From the NCBI GenBank assembly GCA_003707115.1, contig PPNB01000017.1, positions 124,001-170,139 of the forward strand: 46,139 nucleotides of DNA. Reading direction: 5' to 3'. Below are positions 21,579 through 33,174 of this stretch, piece after piece (the first letter of the stretch is position 1; the number at the start of each line of letters is the position of its first letter). This DNA comes from Tortispora ganteri (lineage: Eukaryota). A model generated the notes under the pieces. That model made no database searches. It was not told the DNA's origin and saw nothing but the letters and a program-made list of their open reading frames with translations. Both the position numbers and the translations under genes were made by a program.

Positions 21579-22253
21579 ATGAAGGAATGTCATTTATTAG
21601 GCCCATTTGCATTGCTTTTACAGGGGATTTTGGGTGGACTAGGATTTATTAGCTTAGTATACAAAAGGAAGGTTGAAGTTCCTCAGCGACCATTGAAAGT
21701 ATGGCTGTTTGACGTCTCTAAACAGGTTATTGGATCACTAGGAATTCATGTCCTCAATTTAACCATCTCTATAATATCACGCAGTAAACCTGCGACGCAT
21801 ACGTACTATGATGCGTGCGATTGGTACTTTTTAATATTCCTTTTTGACACAACTGTTGGTGTGCCAATAGTCTACCTATTTGTGCGCTTGTTCACTATTA
21901 TTGGGAAGTGGTTTAATGTCGAAGGCATCGATAGCGGGAACTATGATGAGCCACCGAGGTACAAATGGTTTTTCAAGCAAGCGTTTATTTATTTCGTGGC
22001 TCTGACCTCAATGAAAGCCGTCACATACACATTTATCCGAATCATTCCTTTAGTTTGGTTGGCCGAATTCCTTTTAGCGTGGACTAATTTTAACGAACAG
22101 ATCCGAGTTGGGTTCGTAATGTTCTTGTTCCCGCTAGTAATGAATATGTTTCAGTACTACGTTATCGATTCACTGATACAAGCTTCTCCTGAGGAAATTG
22201 AAGAAATGGACAGATTTGAAGCTGCGCATCGCTCTTATAATGCAATTCAATGA
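21579..22253 (+). CDS. STIMATE/YPL162C-family vacuolar membrane protein
   Basis: CHLLGPFALLLQ, KRKVEVPQRPLKVWLFDVSKQ, CDWY..DTTVG, SGNY, FPLVMNMFQYYVIDSLI. Confidence 0.85.
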   Translation: MKECHLLGPFALLLQGILGGLGFISLVYKRKVEVPQRPLKVWLFDVSKQVIGSLGIHVLNLTISIISRSKPATHTYYDACDWYFLIFLFDTTVGVPIVYLFVRLFTIIGKWFNVEGIDSGNYDEPPRYKWFFKQAFIYFVALTSMKAVTYTFIRIIPLVWLAEFLLAWTNFNEQIRVGFVMFLFPLVMNMFQYYVIDSLIQASPEEIEEMDRFEAAHRSYNAIQ

Positions 22254-22723
22254 ATTGCGCTCACTCTCTCTCCTACTTGCCCTTGCACCTATTTATACCT
22301 TCTATTTACCGGTCTCCCCCACGCTCACGGCTAAATTACACAGTCTTTCTGATCGCTTCTCAGACCAACCACACCGCAGCATTCTTTTACTAAACGCAGC
22401 AGTTGACTACTTTAAGTAGTTTTGCCACTATCCAGACACATTTGTGTACGCTATTTGTATCTTTTACCGCTTTTTATAAGCGTTTTCCTATCTTTTGAAG
22501 TCGTTCAATCCTTTCCGCTACTACATCGGAAAACTCTATTGTCGCCATGCCTCGATCATAACTCTAAATTTCGCATCCTTTATAAGTTCCATATAAAAAC
22601 CATTGGGGTCGCCCCCAAAGGGAAAAAAACACTCTCGAGCTCGTCTCTTCTTTCAACTTTGCAGTTAAACCCCATTTTTCGACTATATAGTCTCATTTTA
22701 TTGCCAACTTAATTTATAAAACA

Positions 22724-24335
22724 ATGTCTGCAGTGTAAGTATGCCCAATTGGATTAGTAGCGCATTGGCCCTGCGCACGGTTCTTCGAATGCTCCATCTA
22801 GCCGGATAGTCAAAGCCCAACCGCTCCTGCATTCACATTATCACTCTCATAGGTACTAACTTTTTTTCAGTGCTGATATCGGCCTTATCGGCCTTGCCGT
22901 AATGGGCCAAAATCTAATCTTGAACATGGCTGACCACGGTTTCACCGTGTGCGCATACAACCGTACTGTCTCAAAGGTAGACCATTTCCTGGATAATGAG
23001 GCAAAGGGAAAATCAATTGTCGGTGCCCACTCGATTAAGGAATTGGCCGATAAACTGAAGAAACCGCGTCGCGTTGTCTTGCTCGTCAAGGCCGGTCCTG
23101 CTGTAGACGCCTTCATCAGCCAACTCTTAGAAGTCTTCGAAGAAGGCGATATCATCATCGATGGCGGAAACTCCCATTTCCCTGATACCAATCGTCGCGA
23201 AGCAGAATTACGTGAGAAGGGAATTTTGTATGTCGGCTCTGGTGTTTCTGGAGGTGAGGAAGGTGCTCGCTATGGTCCTTCTCTTATGCCTGGAGGCAAC
23301 CCCGCAGCCTGGCCCCACATTAAGGAGATTTTCCAATCCATTGCAGCTCAAACTGATGGTGAACCTTGTTGTGACTGGGTTGGCGATGGCGGCGCTGGTC
23401 ACTACGTCAAGATGGTTCATAATGGTATCGAATACGGTGACATGCAACTTATCTGCGAAGCCTATGACATTATGAAGCGCGGCCTCGGCATGTCCAACAA
23501 AGAGATGGGCGATGTATTCTCTAAGTGGAACAGTGGCGTACTAGACTCTTTCCTTATCGAAATCACCCGTGATATCATGTACTACAATGACGAGGAGGAC
23601 GGAACCCCATTAGTTGAGAAGATTCTCGATACCGCTGGCCAGAAAGGTACCGGAAAGTGGACTGCTATCAATGCTCTGGACTTAGGCATGCCGGTTACTT
23701 TGATTGGTGAGGCTGTATTTGCTCGCTGCTTATCTGCCATTAAGCCCGAACGTGTTCGTGCATCTAAGTTACTGTCTTCTTCAGCCACTCCTTCCTTCAC
23801 TGGTGACAAGGCTGCATTTATTGATCAATTGGAACAAGCATTGTATGCCTCCAAAATTATTTCCTATGCGCAAGGATTTATGCTGATGCGTGAAGCTGCT
23901 AAGGAGTATGGATGGAAGTTAAATAATCCTTCGATTGCTTTAATGTGGAGAGGCGGATGTATTATTCGTTCTGTTTTCTTAGGTGACATCACCAAAGCTT
24001 ACAGAGAGAACCCTGATCTAGAAAATTTGCTCTTCAACGACTTTTTTAAGGCTGCTATTGAGAATGCCGATGCTTCGTGGAGACAAGTGGTTTCCAGTGC
24101 TGTTCTTTGGGGTATTCCAACTCCTGCTTTCTCCACTGCTCTGTCTTTCTACGATGGCTATAGATCAGAAAACCTTCCTGCAAACCTTTTACAGGCTCAG
24201 AGAGATTACTTCGGTGCCCATACTTTCCATGTTAAGCCCGAATGTGCGAACAAAAGTCTTAAATTAGGCGAGGATATCCATATCAACTGGACTGGCCGTG
24301 GTGGTAACATTTCTGCCTCTACCTATCAAGCTTAG
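22724..24335 (+). CDS. GND1: 6-phosphogluconate dehydrogenase, decarboxylating; exons 22724-22734 and 22871-24335
   Basis: Spliced MSAVADIGLIGLAVMGQNL; intron GTAAGT..TACTAAC..CAG; VKMVHNGIEYGDMQ, QAQRDYFGAHT. Confidence 0.97.
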
Positions 24336-24605
24336 TAGAGGTCTATTTTTTGGATGCAAATTATCAGTATGAGATGTCAATTCTGCGCCCATTGTATTTT
24401 CCTTCTCAGGAGAAGACTTTAGTATAAGAAATATTTTAATATTTGTACATTGATATGTATATTTTGACTGTAATATCACTGCGGAGCTGACTGCCGTATA
24501 GAGCAGTGGTCAATTGACGTCCGGGTAATATAAAGAGTGCATATTAGTGCATGGGGGTGGATGAAAGAGGAACCTTTTGAACGGATAGCCCTTGCGAACC
24601 ACTCT

Positions 24606-25052
24606 ATGGACGTGGTAGGAGCAGAAGTAGAGCTAACCGTTGTGGGATCACAGATCCCACTTAAAGGGAAAGTGTATGCGTATGATGAGGACACTAATAC
24701 TGTAGCTATTTCTCAAGGTCTTGATTTCCAAATTGTTCAATTGACACAAGTTGAAGCGGTCAAATCGTTCTCTGTGCCTAAACCCGAGCCAATAGAGAGT
24801 CCTCTGCCTATCGATTTACAGTCTATGCAAAACAGCTTCACTAAACGGGCTTTACCTTCAATTCCAGTGTCGGCAAGGGCTGCTCGTGTTTATGAGACAG
24901 TTAGCAAGACTATGCCCACTACTTGGGACGGCGTTAATATCAGAGTACTCGACGTAGTAACTGTGGCGCCACCGTACAAGGAGGCTGTTTCTGCCGATAG
25001 AGACCATCAAGCATCGAAACGCGTTCAAACAATTATTGACAGCTTGATTTAA
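24606..25052 (+). CDS. LSM12: Lsm12-like protein (Lsm plus anticodon-binding domain)
   Basis: GKVYAYD N-terminal Lsm fold; VYETVSKTMPTTWDG.NIRVLDVVTVAPPY AD domain; start could be 24561. Confidence 0.75.
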   Translation: MDVVGAEVELTVVGSQIPLKGKVYAYDEDTNTVAISQGLDFQIVQLTQVEAVKSFSVPKPEPIESPLPIDLQSMQNSFTKRALPSIPVSARAARVYETVSKTMPTTWDGVNIRVLDVVTVAPPYKEAVSADRDHQASKRVQTIIDSLI

Positions 25053-25456
25053 TCGTGGGTTCATGTGTATTGATGTTATGCTCATGCACGCTGGCCTCCC
25101 GACGTTGCTCAAGTTAACCTTCACGCAAAGCACGGCTCGAGTGTTCTTTGAGGATTCATACAATTATAAATTTATGTCTAAAATATTTATTGACTTAGAA
25201 TCACGGTCATATTTTCTATGTTGAAGATCTAGAAAAGGCCTTTTCTTTCATTTGAGGTTTCCTTCTGTTGGGCCATCAAAAGCGGTAAGCTTAGCCCAAC
25301 CGCCATTAACTCCAAGGGCTTATCCTGACCCACGTGCTCGATTCCCACCCAAAAGATAAACTATCGCATTTGCCTGCACCAACCAGTTCGCATTTTGCAT
25401 CACACTGACAGGCAAACCCTGCGGACAAATAGCGAAATTCTCTCTAGAACTGTTCG

Positions 25457-27520
25457 ATGAAGTTTGGAAGACAATTGGAAACTTCGCTGATTCGCGATTA
25501 TAGCTACTACTACATTGCTTACGATGATCTGAAGCGCTTGATAAAGAAGACCCTGGCAGTAAGACCATGGAATGAAGGAGACGAAGAAGAATTCGTGCAG
25601 GCATTAGAGGAGGAATTGGAAAAAGTGTATAGCTTTCAACGCTTAAAGGCTTCGGAAATACAACGCCGTATTAAACAGATCGAAAAGGAGGTAGATGAAA
25701 CTGTTAAAGCAATTGATTCTACTAATCCTCCTGACGAAATACAATTCGATGCTTTGGAAGAAGGATTGAGTGATATCATTGCGAGTGTACACGATTTGGC
25801 AAAATATACTCGTTTGAATTATACCGGATTTCAGAAAATAGTAAAAAAACACGACAAGCAAACTGGTTGGAACCTCAAACCTATATTTCAGACTAGGTTG
25901 GCTGCGAAACCATTCTACAATAATGACTACGATAAAGTAGTCATCGAGTTATCACGACTTTACAACCTTGTTCGAACACGTGGCAATCCTGTGACTGGAG
26001 ACTCAGCTGCAGGCGGATCTCAACAAAACTTTGTACGTCAAACAACAAAATATTGGGTCCATCCGGATAACATCACTGAAGTCAAGTTGATCATTCTTAA
26101 ACATTTACCTGTTCTCGTATTCAACGCGTCTAAGGAATTCGAAAAAGAAGATTCTGCCATCTCTTCTATATATTTTGATAATGCAGACCTGGATCTTTAT
26201 AAAGGCCGCCTTGAGAAAACTGAAGGTGCAGAAGCTATTCGTCTCAGATGGTATGGCGGAATGGGAAGCGACCAAATATTCGTTGAACGTAAAACGCACA
26301 GAGAAGACTGGACTGGTGAAAAATCAGTTAAGGCAAGATTTGCTCTGAAAGAAAAGAATGTGAATGCTTTCCTTAAAGGTCAGTACACAGTACAGCAAGC
26401 TTTTGAGAAAATGCGAAACGAAGGAAAGAAACCCCTCAAAGAGATTGAAAAGCTCGAGCAACTTGCAAGAGAAGTCCAATATAGAGTTATATCTAAAAAG
26501 TTGAAACCATCTGTGCGTTCTTTCTATAATCGTACAGCTTTTCAGCTGCCCGGTGATGCTCGTGTGCGTATATCTCTTGATACCGAACTGGCTATGATTC
26601 GCGAAGATAACTGGGATGGTCATCGTCGTGCAGGGAAGAACTGGCGTCGTATGGATATTGGAGTAGACTACCCTTTTAGTCAGCTCCCCGATTCTGAACT
26701 TACAAGGTTCCCTTATGCTATTCTCGAAGTGAAGCTTCAAACTCAGATGGGCCAAGAACCTCCTGAATGGGTACGGGAACTAGTTGCAAGTCACCTTGTT
26801 GAAGCTGTACCCAAATTTTCAAAGTTCATACATGGCACAGCTACTCTAATGCCTGATAAGGTTGAGCTGATCCCTTATTGGCTCCCTCAGATGGATGTTG
26901 ATATCCGTAAACCTGTTATTTCCACAAATGTACTGATCTCTCGTCCAGGATATGACGAAGAGGAAACAGCAGGTGATGCAAACAGCCGGGTTGTCGCTGG
27001 AAACGACATTAATAACGATGCCAGCGAAACCTCTCCTCTTCTTGGAAATGGTTCAAGGAATAATTCACCAGGATTTTGGGGACGTATAGCCAGTGCTATT
27101 GTCAATCATTTTGTGCCTTCTGAAGAAGAACTTGACCGCTTGCCTTTATCTAAATCCACATTTACGCGAAGAATTGTTGCTCCTCCAGGAAAACTTATCT
27201 GCGTACCAGTCCGCATTGAACCGAAGGTTTACTTTGCTAATGAGAGAACGTTCTTAAGCTGGTTGGAAATATCCATTTTACTAGGATCTATTGCTGCAGG
27301 ACTCATTAGAGTTGGAAGTCCGTCTATTATTCCGATCGCTTTTGGCTTTTTTATAACGGCGGTTTCTGCCATGCTTTACTCTATTGGTTTATATATTTGG
27401 CGTGTATATATGATCCGAGGAAGAAGGGCCGTCAGTTACGATGATAATGTCGGACCGACCGCGATCTGCTGCATATTCGCTGTAGCTATATTTGCGAATT
27501 TCATCATATCGGCACAATAA
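25457..27520 (+). CDS. VTC4: Vacuolar transporter chaperone / polyphosphate polymerase
   Basis: SPX domain ([20 protein letters not shown]), [33 protein letters not shown], three TMs. Confidence 0.95.
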   Translation: MKFGRQLETSLIRDYSYYYIAYDDLKRLIKKTLAVRPWNEGDEEEFVQALEEELEKVYSFQRLKASEIQRRIKQIEKEVDETVKAIDSTNPPDEIQFDALEEGLSDIIASVHDLAKYTRLNYTGFQKIVKKHDKQTGWNLKPIFQTRLAAKPFYNNDYDKVVIELSRLYNLVRTRGNPVTGDSAAGGSQQNFVRQTTKYWVHPDNITEVKLIILKHLPVLVFNASKEFEKEDSAISSIYFDNADLDLYKGRLEKTEGAEAIRLRWYGGMGSDQIFVERKTHREDWTGEKSVKARFALKEKNVNAFLKGQYTVQQAFEKMRNEGKKPLKEIEKLEQLAREVQYRVISKKLKPSVRSFYNRTAFQLPGDARVRISLDTELAMIREDNWDGHRRAGKNWRRMDIGVDYPFSQLPDSELTRFPYAILEVKLQTQMGQEPPEWVRELVASHLVEAVPKFSKFIHGTATLMPDKVELIPYWLPQMDVDIRKPVISTNVLISRPGYDEEETAGDANSRVVAGNDINNDASETSPLLGNGSRNNSPGFWGRIASAIVNHFVPSEEELDRLPLSKSTFTRRIVAPPGKLICVPVRIEPKVYFANERTFLSWLEISILLGSIAAGLIRVGSPSIIPIAFGFFITAVSAMLYSIGLYIWRVYMIRGRRAVSYDDNVGPTAICCIFAVAIFANFIISAQ

Positions 27521-27659
27521 ACAGGAAAAATTATTCTGATTTGAGCCGGCAGAGTGCATTTTGTACTAGGTTCCGTGATAAAGACACAATACGACCAATA
27601 AGATTTCGAACAATAAAAATGTAATACATGGTCCTCAAAGACGCGCTGAAATTAGATAT

Positions 27660-29372
27660 CTAGGGATTCAAATACTTTTTATAGCCGATAGTTTCTAGTT
27701 TCGCAGCCTTGTCAAGAACCGTTGTTTCCATATCAGCAATATAGTTGTCCAATCTCGACGCAAGAGAAGTGTCATCGACGCTTAATATCCTGATAGCAAG
27801 TAGAGCAGCGTTTGTAGAGTTGTTAATAGCCACAGTAGCGACAGGGACGCCACGTGGCATTTGAACAATAGAATGAAGAGAGTCAACGCCATCAAGCGTA
27901 CTTCCTTTAACCGGGACACCAATAACAGGGAGACGAGTGAGCGCTGCGACCATTCCAGGGAGATGAGCAGCCCCACCCGCACCAGCGATAATAGTCTTTA
28001 TTCCTCTTGAAGCTGCTGTTCGGCTGTAGGTGACCATACGGTCAGGTGTACGATGCGCAGAGACAATGGTGAGTTCGAATGGTACTTCAAACTCATGCAG
28101 AATGTCAGCAGCAGCAGACATAACTTTAAGATCTGAGTCAGATCCCATAATAATGCCAACAGCAGGAGATTTTGAAGTAGATTTGATAAGTCCAGGAGTC
28201 CAACTAGAGCCAAATGTTGTAATTGCAATATCATCTTTAGGTAGAAGTTTGGCCAGTTCTTGTTCACAGCCAGCAATTGATCCAGAAACTATATTAATGT
28301 GACCTAGTTTACGGCCCACCCTGTGCCCCTTGCCGTAGAGATGTACGCAAGCCCCCGGAATTTCAAGAGATTTTCTGCAAATGTTTATTTGAGCATTTTC
28401 CGGCTCACCAAGAATGTTAAGCATAACGGATGCAGAATTTGGTATCAAATCCAAACTCTTTGGTAAAGGCAGACCAGCCACGGCACGTATATGAGCTTCA
28501 AATTGTGAAGTTACGCATCCATTTTGGGTATAGTGGCCTGAATTGTGAGGACGAGGAGCAATTTCATTAACGAGAACGTGCGAATCAGGAGTTACAAACA
28601 TTTCAACTCCAAAGATACCACCGCAGTTCTGTTTGTCTAAGGCTGCAAATGTATGGACGGCACGTTCAGCTAGAATACGAGCATTAGTTAGGACTGAATC
28701 AGAAACACGAGCGGGAGCAAAGACAACATGACAAACACTGTTCTTATGAATGGTCTCTACAGTAGGGAACGATTTACATTCGCCGTTGATATCTTGGACC
28801 ACCATTACAGCAAGCTCTTTAGTAAATGGACACCACTTCTCAGCATATAAATCGCCTTTCAAAGCATTAATGGCCTCTTCCGCAGAAGAGGCATCTTTGA
28901 CGACGAAATTCCCACGTCCATCGTAAGCGTCTTTACGGGTTTTCAACATAAATGGATAGCCTAACAGTGAGCCAGCTCTTTGAATGTCAGAGATAGAATG
29001 ACTTAACGGTATAGATTGTGTAACATCAATTCCGTGGTCAATGAGATGTTGCTTCTGAAGGTATTTGTCCTGAATAGTGCGAATAGTTGCTGGAGAAGGT
29101 CTGATCTTGACATTCGGCAACGTTTCTAGAATGTTTTCAAGAGCAGTGACGTTTACATGTTCGATCTCGATTGTCAGCACGTCTACCTTTTTTGCAAGTT
29201 CATAAACGGCGTCGGCATCCTTGAAATTGCCATCTAAGCCAGGACCGATATCTTTAGCTGGCGCTCCAGAAGCATCCAAAGTAAGAGTCTTTACACCTAG
29301 TCGATTGGCTGCCTCCACCATCATACGGCCAAGCTGCCCGCCTCCTAAGATACCAATAGTTTGATTGTCCAT
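27660..29372 (-). CDS. ADE2: Phosphoribosylaminoimidazole carboxylase (PurK-PurE fusion)
   Basis: [53 protein letters not shown]; first ATG 29372. Confidence 0.97.
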   Translation of the reverse strand: MDNQTIGILGGGQLGRMMVEAANRLGVKTLTLDASGAPAKDIGPGLDGNFKDADAVYELAKKVDVLTIEIEHVNVTALENILETLPNVKIRPSPATIRTIQDKYLQKQHLIDHGIDVTQSIPLSHSISDIQRAGSLLGYPFMLKTRKDAYDGRGNFVVKDASSAEEAINALKGDLYAEKWCPFTKELAVMVVQDINGECKSFPTVETIHKNSVCHVVFAPARVSDSVLTNARILAERAVHTFAALDKQNCGGIFGVEMFVTPDSHVLVNEIAPRPHNSGHYTQNGCVTSQFEAHIRAVAGLPLPKSLDLIPNSASVMLNILGEPENAQINICRKSLEIPGACVHLYGKGHRVGRKLGHINIVSGSIAGCEQELAKLLPKDDIAITTFGSSWTPGLIKSTSKSPAVGIIMGSDSDLKVMSAAADILHEFEVPFELTIVSAHRTPDRMVTYSRTAASRGIKTIIAGAGGAAHLPGMVAALTRLPVIGVPVKGSTLDGVDSLHSIVQMPRGVPVATVAINNSTNAALLAIRILSVDDTSLASRLDNYIADMETTVLDKAAKLETIGYKKYLNP

Positions 29373-29647
29373 AACAACTATGTTTCTCAATTAATAAAAA
29401 ACAATGGAAATAAAGCTGGCAGGTAGTACTTCTTGATGTCTCTGCCTCTAGTACCTTTTCGCAAGATAGTAATCTATTATATAGCAAAGCTCTAAAATAG
29501 TAATTACCATTTTAGGAAGTTTTTTTTCATTGCGAAAGCTTGTGTGTAACTTACCCGGCTTAGTAGCCGCCCGCATTTGGGTGAAGATAAAGTTCGCTTA
29601 GGTCACATTTTTGATTTCTCGAATGTAAACAAATAGTGAAATACGCT

Positions 29648-32107
29648 ATGGAATCGGCAGTAGATATTGGAGTAATTGAACAAGACAAAGAGAATATAGC
29701 GCCATTAGTATCTGGTAGATCTGCTGCTGCATTAAGCAAAAGGTTTGGGTTGCAAGTGTCTGAAGAAGAACTCGAAGCTGATAGAGACCGATTCGAAACT
29801 GCACTACTAGCTGCTGGTGAGCTAGATGATCCCCTAGAGATATGGCTAGAGTACTTAAAATGGGTCCATGATTCCTTTCCCGAAGGAAACAATGCAAAAT
29901 CTGGTTTAATAAGTTTGCTTGAGCGTTGTACACATACTCTAAGAGACTTACCCCAGTACAAGAATGATCCTAGGTTTTTACGCGTTTGGCTTGAATACAT
30001 TCAGTACTCAGATGCTCCCCGCGAAGCTTTCAATTTCATGATGCAGAAAGAAATTGGCAAATACTTGGCAGGATATTATGAGAACTATGCTTCATGGTTA
30101 GAAATAAATGGTCGTTACACTCAAGCCAATGAAGTCTATGAGCTGGGTCTCCAAACTGCAGCTCAACCTTTCGCTAGACTCCAGCGCCGGTATGATGATT
30201 TTTGCAGTCGAAGAGCTCAGATTTCGGCCGATTCAGCTGCAAATGAGCCAACATCACCTGTATTTAAACAACGGACAGCACTGGCTAGTAAATCAAATGA
30301 ACAATTTGTGCCTTTCGTGCTGCCTAACAATGACCAACCCGAATATGCATTACCCAAACCAAAGTCTAAGCTTCAGGTGTTTACAGATTCTGAAGATTCA
30401 GAATCTGCTCCTAAAGTGAGACCTAATGGATGGGACTCGATAGGCACTCTTGCTTCTAGACGGAAGGAAAACAAGATGGAAGCTCAGCCCTGGGTTGGAC
30501 AAACGCTTCCTTCCGACTCTCAACCTGCACAACATGCCCCTAAACTACCGGTATTTAGAGATGGATCTGCTCCTAAAAAAGCAAAAAAACCTGAAAAGAT
30601 AGCTTTCGATATGGAACTTGCGTATCCAGGGGATAATCAAGAGTACTCTCCGGAAGAAATACGAGCCAAACTTATGGGTATCTACGATATCGAATTTGAC
30701 TCCAGTGAAAACAATTATGCTGATAGAATTAGGCCGCCTACACCTACTGCTACATTGGCTAACTTTTCACTTCCCGAAGATGAAATTGTCCATCGTCCAG
30801 CTAGTCCAACTATGACCTTACATACACGAGGAGCTAAGGATGTCATATATGATATGTTTAATGCACCCTTATCTCCTACGCAACACGGCAGCCACAGAGA
30901 CAACAGTTCTGTTAATTCAACTTCGGACTCCGAGTCTGAAAGCGACGATGATGAAAACTTATATAACCAGAATATCCAGTTAGGGGCAGACCTAACTTCG
31001 AGAATTCAAGACGAGTTCTCTCAAGCAAAATGTGAGTCCAAATTCGATAATCTTTCCATTTCGAAAGACGTGATATTAACCAAAGCAGAATATAATCCTT
31101 TTGAACCTGAGCTGCAGCGCAGCATCTTGGAAGCTCGGCGAAGCCAAGTTATGCAGCTTCCTAAGATATTTTACAATAACTCGCGTATTCGAGAAATAAT
31201 TCTAAAACAAAAGCAGTTTGAATCACAAAGTGGCTTGTCTATCCGGCTTAGTAAGTGCTTGGGAAAAGGCGCATACGCGCCTGTTTACCTTGGAGTTTCA
31301 TCTAAAGCTGAACAAGTCGCTGTGAAAATTGAGTCTCCTGCCAACGTATGGGAGTATTATATTATGAGGGAGATTGAGAATCGTTCAAATGTGGATATAA
31401 TCTCAATAACGAAAAGCATTGAGATTTCTGTATATTCTGACGCTAGTGTCCTTGTGATGAAATATCATAACCAGGGTACCACTATGGATCTTATTAACAC
31501 GCTCTATTCTCAAGGTCAGAAACTTGACGAGTCAATTTCTATGCTATTGACTCTGGATCTTCTTAAGACTGTCAACTTAATTCATGGCTGTGGAATTATA
31601 CATGGTGATCTGAAACCTGATAATTGCATGGTGCGTTTGAGCGGCTTGGTTCCTGAGTGTCGATTTTCTCGGCATTCCGAAGACTGGAAGAATTATGGAG
31701 TTGCGCTTATTGATTTTGGCCGATCTATTGACTTGACAGCGTTTAATGAATTGGTTATGTTCTCTGCAAATTGGAAGACAGACAATCAGGATTGTACCGA
31801 AATTCGAGAAGGGTTGAAATGGAAGTACCAGATGGACTATTTTGGAGTGGCTGCAATAGTTCACTGTTTACTTTATGGATCATACATTGAGACTTATCGC
31901 AACCCACGTACTTATGAAGTGGAACTAAAATCATCTTTGAAGAGATATTGGAATAACGATATATGGGCGCCTTTGTTTAAGAAGTTATTAAATTCGGGAA
32001 ATAACCAGATCGACTTGAATGACATAATTGGAAGCATTGAAAGCTGGCTGGAAAGGAACTGCGACGCATTAAAAACAGCTTTGAATCGAATCCTGCAGTT
32101 CATATAA
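29648..32107 (+). CDS. BUB1: Spindle checkpoint kinase, undivided MadBub (Bub1/Mad3)
   Basis: KENIAPLVSGRS, TPR (DDPL, YKNDPRFL), second KEN, GLEBS-like EYSPEEIRA, CD1 SPTMTLHT, kinase GKGAYA/HGDLKPDN/DFG. Confidence 0.92.
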   Translation: MESAVDIGVIEQDKENIAPLVSGRSAAALSKRFGLQVSEEELEADRDRFETALLAAGELDDPLEIWLEYLKWVHDSFPEGNNAKSGLISLLERCTHTLRDLPQYKNDPRFLRVWLEYIQYSDAPREAFNFMMQKEIGKYLAGYYENYASWLEINGRYTQANEVYELGLQTAAQPFARLQRRYDDFCSRRAQISADSAANEPTSPVFKQRTALASKSNEQFVPFVLPNNDQPEYALPKPKSKLQVFTDSEDSESAPKVRPNGWDSIGTLASRRKENKMEAQPWVGQTLPSDSQPAQHAPKLPVFRDGSAPKKAKKPEKIAFDMELAYPGDNQEYSPEEIRAKLMGIYDIEFDSSENNYADRIRPPTPTATLANFSLPEDEIVHRPASPTMTLHTRGAKDVIYDMFNAPLSPTQHGSHRDNSSVNSTSDSESESDDDENLYNQNIQLGADLTSRIQDEFSQAKCESKFDNLSISKDVILTKAEYNPFEPELQRSILEARRSQVMQLPKIFYNNSRIREIILKQKQFESQSGLSIRLSKCLGKGAYAPVYLGVSSKAEQVAVKIESPANVWEYYIMREIENRSNVDIISITKSIEISVYSDASVLVMKYHNQGTTMDLINTLYSQGQKLDESISMLLTLDLLKTVNLIHGCGIIHGDLKPDNCMVRLSGLVPECRFSRHSEDWKNYGVALIDFGRSIDLTAFNELVMFSANWKTDNQDCTEIREGLKWKYQMDYFGVAAIVHCLLYGSYIETYRNPRTYEVELKSSLKRYWNNDIWAPLFKKLLNSGNNQIDLNDIIGSIESWLERNCDALKTALNRILQFI

Positions 32108-32277
32108 CTGCTAAAAACTTAAAAAATTAAAAATTGCGGCTTTGTTAGGAATAATATGACATAAGTTGTACATTAGTATTAAGACAGTTGGGACCGTTGA
32201 AACTGCCCATTTAACATTACAACATTCTGGGAACGTAAACAAACACGTTGATTGATTCTACTGGTCACAATCCAACA

Positions 32278-33174
32278 ATGAACGAACTAGAACAATTGCT
32301 AGCAAATGGCCCTACTAATATAAAAAGGGATATAGGAACTATTAGAAAGCGGATTATATTAGATGGACTGATTGAGACGCCAGATTATCCTTGCGAGTAT
32401 CGTGATGAGATATGGACTATTCTTCTTAGAAAACGGCCAACGAAGGCTGCTGCTCGATACATTAACTTGATTCACAAAGGACCTTCTCCAGTATATGCAA
32501 AAATAAAAAATGACACGTTTAGGACTCTTGCAAGTGACTTGGACTTTAAGCGAAGAGTGCCAGAGGAGGCGCTAATACGGGTGCTGAATGCGTATGCCTG
32601 GCACACTATGGCGGAAAACCCGGAGAATCCTGGCTACGTGCAAGGAATGAATGTTTTGGCTGCTCTTTTTCTATATGTATGCAAATCAGAATCTGAAAGT
32701 TTATGGTTATTTCGAACGTTTATTCAAAAAAGGTGTCCTACATATATTCGCTCAAATTTAGATGGTGTTCATATCGGCGTTAAGCTGCTTGATTTGTGTT
32801 TGGAAAACATAGACAAGCCACTCTATAAGCATTTGAAGAAGCGAGGACTTACTGCCAAGATTTATGGGTTTGCATCAATAATGACGTTCTCAGCCTGTAC
32901 CCCTCCCTTAACTGAAGCACTTGCTCTCTGGGATTTCTACTTTGCACAAGGCTTTCACATGAATATATTATGTATAGTGGCACAATTGGTAATGATACGT
33001 GATCAACTTATCAAATCAGCAACGCCTAATAAGCTATTACGCAGTTTTCCTCCATTGCAATCGCGAACGTTAATTGGCCTCACAATAAGTTTCGTGCCGC
33101 GGTTACCTGATGATCTGTTCAAACTGCTCGTCAGGCACACTAATGATGACTCCGTTCAGAAATATCTCTCATAA
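32278..33174 (+). CDS. BUB2: TBC-domain GAP for Tem1 (Bub2/Cdc16)
   Basis: KIKNDTFRTL, LIRVLNAYAW, YVQGMNVLAA, SACTPPL, LWDF. Confidence 0.92.
   Translation: MNELEQLLANGPTNIKRDIGTIRKRIILDGLIETPDYPCEYRDEIWTILLRKRPTKAAARYINLIHKGPSPVYAKIKNDTFRTLASDLDFKRRVPEEALIRVLNAYAWHTMAENPENPGYVQGMNVLAALFLYVCKSESESLWLFRTFIQKRCPTYIRSNLDGVHIGVKLLDLCLENIDKPLYKHLKKRGLTAKIYGFASIMTFSACTPPLTEALALWDFYFAQGFHMNILCIVAQLVMIRDQLIKSATPNKLLRSFPPLQSRTLIGLTISFVPRLPDDLFKLLVRHTNDDSVQKYLS

Noticed and set aside
21408..21593. 62-aa N-terminal extension of the acyltransferase overlapping the divergent gene start
   Set aside because: It would leave no promoter space; ATG 21407 gives a normal-looking N-terminus
22735..22870. Intronic snoRNA in the longer GND1 intron
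   Set aside because: No C/D boxes or convincing H/ACA architecture seen
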